Positions 46,717-53,159 of a DNA stretch of 53,159 nucleotides are shown piece after piece. Where the stretch lies: the NCBI GenBank assembly GCA_032128115.1, contig JAQBHB010000111.1:1-53159 (forward strand), written 5' to 3'. The DNA comes from Deltaproteobacteria bacterium. Its GTDB lineage: Bacteria; Myxococcota_A; UBA9160; SMWR01. The notes below the pieces were generated by a model. The model was not told where the DNA came from, did no database searches, and worked only from the letters and a program-made list of their open reading frames with translations. A program made the position numbers and the translations under genes. Numbering within the stretch: position 1 is the stretch's first letter; every line of letters starts with the position of its first letter.

Positions 46717-46971
46717 TCAGGCGGACGGGTCCCCGAGTCGGGTGCTGACGAAGTCGGTGATGTGCGCAACGGTCCTCATCGACTTGAGTTCCTCCTCGGT
46801 CAGGGTCAATCCGGTTTCTTCTTCGAGCACCGCGGCCAGGGTGACGGCATCGATGCTGTCCAGGTCCAGATCCCGCCCCAGGTGGGCCGTCGGGGTGACC
46901 TGTTCTTCCAGGATCTCGAACTCGCTGACGAGTATCTGCCGGACGCGCCGGAAGACCTCATCGGGGGACAC
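46717..46971 (-). CDS. Acyl carrier protein (ApeF-like)
   Basis: DLDLDSIDAV phosphopantetheinylation motif; 84 aa, acidic. Confidence 0.92.
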   Translation of the reverse strand: MSPDEVFRRVRQILVSEFEILEEQVTPTAHLGRDLDLDSIDAVTLAAVLEEETGLTLTEEELKSMRTVAHITDFVSTRLGDPSA

Positions 46972-46975
46972 GGGC

Positions 46976-47245
46976 CTATCTCGCGCGCTGGTCCGAGACG
47001 AACTCGGCCAGGCTTCGCACGGACGCGAAGATCTTCTGGTTCTCCTCGGGGTCGTCGACGATCTTCACTCCGTACCGCTCCTCGAGTGCCATGGCCAGCT
47101 CGAGAGCGTCGATGGAGTCGAGGCCCAGACCTTCCACGAACAGGGCGGCCTCGCTTTCCACCTCGTCTGGGGTGACGTCTTCCAGTGCCAGCGAGTCGAT
47201 GATGAGCTTTTTCAGCTCGGATTCCAGATTCAACGCGTCGCTCAC
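46976..47245 (-). CDS. Acyl carrier protein (ApeE-like)
   Basis: GTG 47245; LFVEGLGLDSIDALEL and FASVRSLAEF. Confidence 0.92.
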   Translation of the reverse strand: MSDALNLESELKKLIIDSLALEDVTPDEVESEAALFVEGLGLDSIDALELAMALEERYGVKIVDDPEENQKIFASVRSLAEFVSDQRAR

Positions 47246-48081
47246 CCGTGGCCCCTCTCGCTCGGCGTAGCCTGCCACTTCACGAATCGCTCCCGGAGCT
47301 CGGCAGTGAGCCTCCGGGCGGCGATCGGGGAACTCGTCTCGCGATCGGTATAGGGCGCGGGCGAGATCGGCTCCTCGACCCGGAGCGTAACGCGGATCGT
47401 CCGCTCGGGAACGTCATACCACTTCTGGCCCTTCATCAGCGTGGGGGGCTCGCAGTGCATCAGCACGGGTTGCAGATCGCAGCCGCTGCCCAGCGCCACG
47501 TGCGCCGCGCCGCGGTGGAAGCGCTGCAGCCCCCCCAGCGGCGACCGCGTGCCCTCCGGAAAGATGATGAGGGAGCGGCCGGAGCGCACGCGGGCGATGG
47601 ATTCCGCAACCACCTGGACGCCCCCATCGTTGCGGATCCAGCCAGCAGCCTGGATGGCGCCGCGAAGGAACAGATTGTCCGCCCAATCGGCGCTCACGAT
47701 GCAGTCGCTCTGGGGCATGTGGGCGAGCAATACGACGACGTCGAGGATGGTGGGGTGGTTGGCGACCACCAGGTGCGGGCCCCCCTGGGAGAGGCGTTCG
47801 GTCCCAATCCCACGTACCTCCATCAGGTCCATCCGTTCGGCCACCCGGAGGAAGAAGCGGCACGCGCGGTGGATCGCGCGCTGTGCGCGCAGATCGGCGT
47901 CGTTCGCATCCCTGGCGCGCCGGCGGACCCAGGGCAACACGGCCGCAAGCGAAAGACAGCAGGCTCCGATCACGCAGAAGCCCACGGCGGAGCGCACGAT
48001 CCTCCACCCGGTGGACAGGTGCGCGGCGACCCTTCGGCGAGCCTCGGGTCGCGCCATATGTGCCGGCATCGAACGGGTCAT
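47242..48081 (-). CDS. Lysophospholipid acyltransferase (PlsC/ApeD-like)
   Basis: VANHPTILD and IFPEGTRS motifs; start uncertain (48081 or 48057). Confidence 0.88.
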   Translation of the reverse strand: MTRSMPAHMARPEARRRVAAHLSTGWRIVRSAVGFCVIGACCLSLAAVLPWVRRRARDANDADLRAQRAIHRACRFFLRVAERMDLMEVRGIGTERLSQGGPHLVVANHPTILDVVVLLAHMPQSDCIVSADWADNLFLRGAIQAAGWIRNDGGVQVVAESIARVRSGRSLIIFPEGTRSPLGGLQRFHRGAAHVALGSGCDLQPVLMHCEPPTLMKGQKWYDVPERTIRVTLRVEEPISPAPYTDRETSSPIAARRLTAELRERFVKWQATPSERGHG

Positions 48082-48291
48082 TCCCGTGGGCAGTCCCCTC
48101 CCGCCCGGCGCCACGCCACTCCGGATCGAAACCCGGGACGCGAAAAAGCCTAGGGAAAACGCTGGGACTATATCATCGGGCTCGACGCGCTGTAAACGCT
48201 GTGGGGAATTGGGACAAGGCGATCGGTCCCCGGTAGACTCCGCCTCCGAGACCTGCCCGTCGGGGCACGCACCGGAGTACCCCTGCCCAGA

Positions 48292-49851
48292 ATGGCCTTG
48301 GGAACCCCCAACCGGGAGTCCGCGCGGCGGGTGGTCGGGGAGACCCCGCTCCGGATCGAGGACGTTCTCGCCCTGGCGCGGGGGGAGATCCCCGCTGTTC
48401 TGGACGACGCCCCCGCCTACCGGCGTCGCCTGGCCGAGGGCCCGAAAACGGTGGAGAAACTTCTCCAAAGTGGGCAGCCCATCTACGGGGTGACCACGGG
48501 CTTCGGGGCCGCCATCGGGAAGAAGATTCCCGAAGAACACTGGGGCGATCTCCCCCACAACCTGCTCCGCTACCACGGCTGCGGCACCGGCCGGATACTC
48601 GACGAGACGGCCGCCGCTGCCACGACGGCGATCCGCCTGGTGTCCCTGGCTCGTGGCCATTCGGGAGTTCGCATCGAGCTGCTCGAGCGCCTGTGCGAGC
48701 TGCTCAACTGCCGCATGCTGCCCCGGATCCCGGAGGAGGGCTCAGTGGGGGCCAGCGGCGACCTGACCCCGCTTTCCTACCTGGCGGCCGCGCTGGTGGG
48801 GGAACGAGAAGTCACCCTGCGCGGACGCGAGATGTCGGCGCGCGAGGCCCACACGGAGCTGGGTCTTGCGCCCCTGTCGCTCTCCCCCAAGGAGAGCCTG
48901 GCCCTGATGAACGGCACCAGCGTGATGACGGCGCTGGGATGTCTGGCCTTCGAGCGCGCTCTGCGGGTGGCTCGTGTGGCGTCGGCCCTGACCGCCATGA
49001 TCAGCGATTCGGTCCATGGGAACGCCGGCCATTTCGACGAACGCATCTTCCAGCTCAAGCCGCACCCAGGCCAGTCGCTTTGTGCGGCCTGGATCCGAAG
49101 CGATCTGGAGCTCGAAGGTCGCAGCCTGCCGCCGCCGGCCAGGCTCCAGGACCGCTACTCATTGCGCTGTGCGCCCCACGTGATCGGGGTGCTGGTGGAC
49201 GCGCTGGAGTTCTCGCGCCGCATCCTGGAGGTGGAGCTGAACAGCGTCGACGACAATCCCCTCGTGGACGCCGAGCGCGGTGAGATCCTGCACGGAGGCA
49301 ACTTCTACGGCGGCCATGTGGCGTTCGTGATGGATGGTCTGAAGCTCGCCGTGGCGAGCGTCGCCGACCTGCTCGATCGCCAGATCCTGTTGCTGTGCTC
49401 GCCCGACACCAGCGATGGACTTCCCGCGGACCTGGTGGCCAGCGGAGATGGCTCGGGCGTGGCGCACCACGGCTTCAAGGCCATGCAGATCAGTGCGTCG
49501 GCGCTCACGGCGGAGGCGCTGAAGCTCACGATGCCGGCCACCGCATTCAGCCGAAGCACCGAGTCGCACAACCAGGACAAGGTCAGCATGGGAACGATCG
49601 CGTCGCGCGACTGCCTGCGCATCCTGGAACTCACCGAGACCGTGGCCGCCATCGGCGTACTGGCGGCCTGTCAGGCGGTGGATCTGCGCGACGGGGGCAG
49701 CGGCCTGCGCCGCAGCCTCGAGATCCGGGACGCGGTGCGCAAGTCGATCCCCATGCTTCGCGAAGATCGCCGGCAGGATCGCGACATCGAGAGCGTTCGA
49801 GACCTCATCCGGAGTGGTGCGCTCCCGGCCGGCTCCATCGGCGTCGTGTGA
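48292..49851 (+). CDS. MIO-dependent aromatic amino acid ammonia-lyase (HAL/PAL/TAL family)
   Basis: IYGVTTGFG, GSVGASGDL (MIO-forming ASG), QDRYSLRCAP, HGGNFYG and HNQDKVSMG. Confidence 0.93.
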   Translation: MALGTPNRESARRVVGETPLRIEDVLALARGEIPAVLDDAPAYRRRLAEGPKTVEKLLQSGQPIYGVTTGFGAAIGKKIPEEHWGDLPHNLLRYHGCGTGRILDETAAAATTAIRLVSLARGHSGVRIELLERLCELLNCRMLPRIPEEGSVGASGDLTPLSYLAAALVGEREVTLRGREMSAREAHTELGLAPLSLSPKESLALMNGTSVMTALGCLAFERALRVARVASALTAMISDSVHGNAGHFDERIFQLKPHPGQSLCAAWIRSDLELEGRSLPPPARLQDRYSLRCAPHVIGVLVDALEFSRRILEVELNSVDDNPLVDAERGEILHGGNFYGGHVAFVMDGLKLAVASVADLLDRQILLLCSPDTSDGLPADLVASGDGSGVAHHGFKAMQISASALTAEALKLTMPATAFSRSTESHNQDKVSMGTIASRDCLRILELTETVAAIGVLAACQAVDLRDGGSGLRRSLEIRDAVRKSIPMLREDRRQDRDIESVRDLIRSGALPAGSIGVV

Positions 49852-49867
49852 AGCGGGGCGGATTCGC

Positions 49868-50563
49868 GTGAGGCCGGGCGCGCCGGGCGCCTTCCGGCTG
49901 GGCCTCCTGCTCGTGTTGCTCGTCTCCGGCTCCCGGCCCGCCGCGGCGGACGCGCACGGCGATCTCACCCTGGAGACACTGATGGAGCGCATGGGCGCCA
50001 CGCCCGGCGTGGTGGCCGAGTTCTCCGAGCGCAAGGAGGTGGCGCTCCTGAACGCGCCGCTGTCGGTGGAGGGAATTCTCTACTTCGTTCCGCCGGACCG
50101 GATGGTGCGACGCACCCGGCGGCCGAGCGTCTCGGTGCTCACCCTCGACGGCGAACGCATGCGCTTCCGCGACGAAGCGGGGGGGGACGACTTCGACCTG
50201 TCGGCGAGCCCCGAGGCGCGCCACTTCGTGGACAACTTCATCGTATTGTTCAACGGAGACCTGGACGGACTGCGCGAGCGCTACCGGGTGGACTTCGAGG
50301 CCACCGGGGCCCGCTGGCGGCTGGGCCTGGTGCCGCGCCGCTCTCCGGTTCGCGACTTCATTGCATCCATTACCCTGCGGGGTGATGGCGCCGCTCTCCA
50401 GGAAATGGTGATGGTGGAGACAGACGGGGACCGCACCACCACCGTCTTCGGCGCCTCGGATGTGGCGCACCGCTTCAGCCCCGAAGAGATCCACGCGCTG
50501 TTTTCCAGCGGGGCGTCGCCGCCGACGGGATCTTCCGCCTCGAAAGCGCGTCCCGATCGGTGA
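49868..50563 (+). CDS. LolA-like outer-membrane lipoprotein carrier (ApeL-like)
   Basis: Signal peptide, F.ERK...LL..PL...G.L, and ETDGDRT; precedes the MMPL exporter. Confidence 0.8.
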   Translation: MRPGAPGAFRLGLLLVLLVSGSRPAAADAHGDLTLETLMERMGATPGVVAEFSERKEVALLNAPLSVEGILYFVPPDRMVRRTRRPSVSVLTLDGERMRFRDEAGGDDFDLSASPEARHFVDNFIVLFNGDLDGLRERYRVDFEATGARWRLGLVPRRSPVRDFIASITLRGDGAALQEMVMVETDGDRTTTVFGASDVAHRFSPEEIHALFSSGASPPTGSSASKARPDR

Positions 50564-52929
50564 GTGCCAGCCGCCTGCGGCTCGCCTTCCTGGCCGCGGC
50601 GCTGGGAATGCTCGCGTTCTGTGTCACGAACCTCGGCTTCAGCACCGACATCACGAACTTCATGCCCCGGGACAGCGATTCGGAGCTGGCCGCCCTGTCG
50701 AGTCTGCTTGCCGACAGCGAGATGACCCGCACGATGGTGTTCAGTGTGGGCGCGGCGGAACCGGCTACGGCCATCGCGGCGGCTCGCGAGCTGGCCCGCG
50801 GCTTGGAGGGACACCCGGAGGTGGCGTGGATCCGCTCGGGAGTGGCCGAGGACCAGATTCGCGAGCTGTACCAGCTCTACTTCCCGCGTCGCTTGTATTT
50901 CCTCTCGGACGAGCCGGAAATGGAGGTGCCCGCGCTGCTCGGCGACGAAGCGCTGCGCCAGCGGGCGCGCGACCTGAAGCGCGACCTGGCGTCACCGGGC
51001 TCGGCACTCTGGAAGCGTTCGGCGGCCGAGGACCCCCTGGCCGCGTTCCGCCGCATCCTCGAGCGCTTCCGTGCCGACCAGGGCGAGCTTCGCCTGGAAG
51101 ATGGACACTTCGTGTCGCAGGACGGCCGCTACGCGATTTTCTTCCTGGGCACCGTTTCATCGGCCTTCGCGTCTCGCGCCCAGGCGGAGCTGCTGGAGGC
51201 CATCGAGATCTCGTTCCGGGAGATCGCCGACCACCACGGCGGCGCCGTCGAGCTGGAGCTGAGCGGCGCCAACCGGTTCGCCGTGGACGCGGAGCGCGGC
51301 ATCCGGAGCGACCTCCTGTTGATCCTGCCGTGTACGGTGATCGGGGTGGCGGTGCTTTTCCTGATCTTCTTCCGCTCGCCGCAGAGTCTGGCGCTCGCCC
51401 TGATTCCCGGCGTGATGGGAGTTCTTGCCGCCACCACGGCCGGCATCCTGGTCTTCGGTGGGCTGGACGGACTCACCATCGCGTTCGGAACGTCGCTGAT
51501 CGGCGTGGCCATCGACTACCCGATCCATCTGATCAACCACCAGGCCCTGGCGCCGGCCTTTGAGTCCGCCGCCACCACGGCGCGCCGTCTTCGCACGTCC
51601 CTGATGCTTGGCGCTCTCACCACCATGGCGAGCTTCGCCGGTCTCACGCTCACGTCGTTTCCCGGCTTCCGGGAGCTCGGTTTCTTCGCCATCGTGGGGA
51701 TTGCCGTGGCCCTGGGGGTGACCCTGATCCTGCTTCCGGGGCTGCTGCCGGAGGGGCGCCCGGTGCCGCCGTTCTCGCGTGCGGTGGCCGACCGCCTGGG
51801 TCGGGCGGTGGCGGCCCTGGGCTCGCGCCGGGCGTGGCTCGTGTTGCCGCCGCTGGTCGTGGTGGGACTCGCCTTCGTCTCGCTTCCCCACTTGCACTGG
51901 TCCGACGATCTGTCGCAGCTGTCCAACCTGGACCCGGCGCTCCAGGCCGAGGAGATCCGCGTTCGCGAGCGCGTGTCCCAATTCGACTCCGCGCGCTTTG
52001 CCATCGCGGTGGCCGACGACCGGTCCGCCGCCGTTGCGCTGAATGATCGCGTCCACCGGCGGCTCGCTCGGGCCGTTCGCGACGGGGCGCTGGAAGGCAC
52101 ACGCTCCCTGCACGGGCTGCTGTGGCCTCCCGAACTCCAGCGCCGCAACCGGGAGATCGTGCTCTCCGACGCTGGGCTCTACCCGCGGCTCGACGGCATC
52201 TTCGCCGAGGAGGGTTTCCGCAGCGGCGCCTTCGCACCGTTTCGCGAGCATCTGGAGTCGCCGCCGCCGCCGCCGCTGCTGCTCGCCGACCTGGAGGGCT
52301 CGGGGCTCCGCGACCTGCTGATGCCGCTGGTGTTCCCTCTGGGAGAGCGCGTGGCCGTGGTGACCTACCTGCGGGGAATCCGTTCCGCGCCGGCGATCGA
52401 GCAGGCGCTGGACGGGATGGAGGGCGTGTACCTGTTCGATCAGAGCCGCTTCATCAACCAGATCTACGCCGAGTTCCGGGCCACGACGCTGCGTCAGATC
52501 GTGATCGGGAGCGGACTGGTGATTCTGGTGCTGGCGGTGCGCTACCGGCGATGGCGCCCCACGCTGGCAGCCTTCCTGCCGTCGTTGCTGGTGGCCCTGT
52601 TGGTGCTCGAGATCTTCGCCGGCTTCAGGGTGGAGGCGAACCTCCTGCACGTGATCAGTCTGGTCATGGTGATGGGAATGGGTGTGGATTACGGCATCTT
52701 CATGGTGGACAGCGCCCGAGATCCGGAAACCTGCGGAGCCACCATGTTGAGTCTGCTGGTGTCGTGTCTCACCACCGTTCTGGTGTTCGGAAGCCTGGCG
52801 ATCTCCTCGCACCCGGCTCTGCGCGCGATCGGCACGACCACCGGGCTCGGCATCCTGCTGTCGTTCCTGTTCGCGCCGCTGTGTCTGGTATGGGTGGGGC
52901 CTTCCCGGAGGCTCGAAGTCGGTGCGTGA
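50560..52929 (+). CDS. MMPL/RND-family lipid exporter (ApeM-like)
   Basis: FGTSLIGVAIDY and GMGVDYGIF in two TM bundles with periplasmic loops. Confidence 0.88.
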   Translation: MSASRLRLAFLAAALGMLAFCVTNLGFSTDITNFMPRDSDSELAALSSLLADSEMTRTMVFSVGAAEPATAIAAARELARGLEGHPEVAWIRSGVAEDQIRELYQLYFPRRLYFLSDEPEMEVPALLGDEALRQRARDLKRDLASPGSALWKRSAAEDPLAAFRRILERFRADQGELRLEDGHFVSQDGRYAIFFLGTVSSAFASRAQAELLEAIEISFREIADHHGGAVELELSGANRFAVDAERGIRSDLLLILPCTVIGVAVLFLIFFRSPQSLALALIPGVMGVLAATTAGILVFGGLDGLTIAFGTSLIGVAIDYPIHLINHQALAPAFESAATTARRLRTSLMLGALTTMASFAGLTLTSFPGFRELGFFAIVGIAVALGVTLILLPGLLPEGRPVPPFSRAVADRLGRAVAALGSRRAWLVLPPLVVVGLAFVSLPHLHWSDDLSQLSNLDPALQAEEIRVRERVSQFDSARFAIAVADDRSAAVALNDRVHRRLARAVRDGALEGTRSLHGLLWPPELQRRNREIVLSDAGLYPRLDGIFAEEGFRSGAFAPFREHLESPPPPPLLLADLEGSGLRDLLMPLVFPLGERVAVVTYLRGIRSAPAIEQALDGMEGVYLFDQSRFINQIYAEFRATTLRQIVIGSGLVILVLAVRYRRWRPTLAAFLPSLLVALLVLEIFAGFRVEANLLHVISLVMVMGMGVDYGIFMVDSARDPETCGATMLSLLVSCLTTVLVFGSLAISSHPALRAIGTTTGLGILLSFLFAPLCLVWVGPSRRLEVGA

Positions 52930-53159
52930 GGGAGGCGCGCTGACGCGGCTGATGCTGGCCGCGCTGTTGGTGTCGGGCTGTGGGCTGACCCGCTTCTGGA
53001 ATCTTCCCCCGCGGATCCCCGAGTGCCCCGGCTTCCTGGTTCCCACCGGCGAGATCCCCGGCGACTTCGTGGTGAGCCAGCGCATGCGCGTGACCTCCGG
53101 CTCCGTGAACGCTGGATTCGACCTGGCCGTGCAGAAGAGTGGCGACGAGCTGGTGGTGG
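52922..53159 (+). CDS. Putative lipoprotein (possibly DUF3261/ApeN-like), truncated at window end
   Basis: Open frame from GTG 52922 / ATG 52952: MLAALLVSGCGLTRFW...QRMRV...FDLAVQKSGDELVV. Has lipobox VSGC and sits after the exporter. Confidence 0.6.
   Translation, partial: MREGGALTRLMLAALLVSGCGLTRFWNLPPRIPECPGFLVPTGEIPGDFVVSQRMRVTSGSVNAGFDLAVQKSGDELVV

Larger units (their letters stand above)
36406..53159. other. Aryl polyene / xanthomonadin-like biosynthetic gene cluster (continues beyond window)
   Basis: Two KS, CLF, two ACPs, KR, two dehydratase domains, ligase, GT2-acyltransferase, PlsC-like, LolA-like, MMPL, ammonia-lyase and halogenase-like genes. Confidence 0.9.

Overview
GC-rich bacterial chromosomal window. 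The gene content and a Cys-Gly-Leu-Gly C-terminal anchor suggest a myxobacteria-related lineage, but that is inference only. The left part (1-15.2 kb) holds a split SOS-type mutagenesis locus. dnaE2 runs off the left edge, and imuA-imuB lie about 9.7 kb away, converging on dinB. dnaE2 and imuA share a near-identical 30-bp promoter containing an 11-bp-period TTCGYC direct repeat (candidate repressor box). A 60-bp copy of the imuA promoter plus start codon is duplicated 1304 bp away, bracketing a hicB-hicA toxin-antitoxin cassette. Also on the left are a TPR protein and a large secreted metallophosphoesterase with a G6 frameshift and a CGLGxEL-TM-basic C-terminal tail. The middle (15-36 kb) is mostly housekeeping and transport: purN, metF, a PfkB kinase, a Na/Ca antiporter, an LhgO-like oxidase, a PP2C-like protein, PpiC plus HupE/UreJ, a desaturase, PhyH, cytochrome c, thrH, an RND pump, uppP, a sigma-70 factor, an SLC13 transporter and an ArgA-like acetyltransferase. 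The right part (36.4 kb to the end) is an aryl-polyene/xanthomonadin-like cluster with an apparent single-chain KS-CLF fusion, a flavin-dependent halogenase-like gene and an MIO ammonia-lyase. No rRNA, tRNA, CRISPR array, integrase or transposase was recognised.
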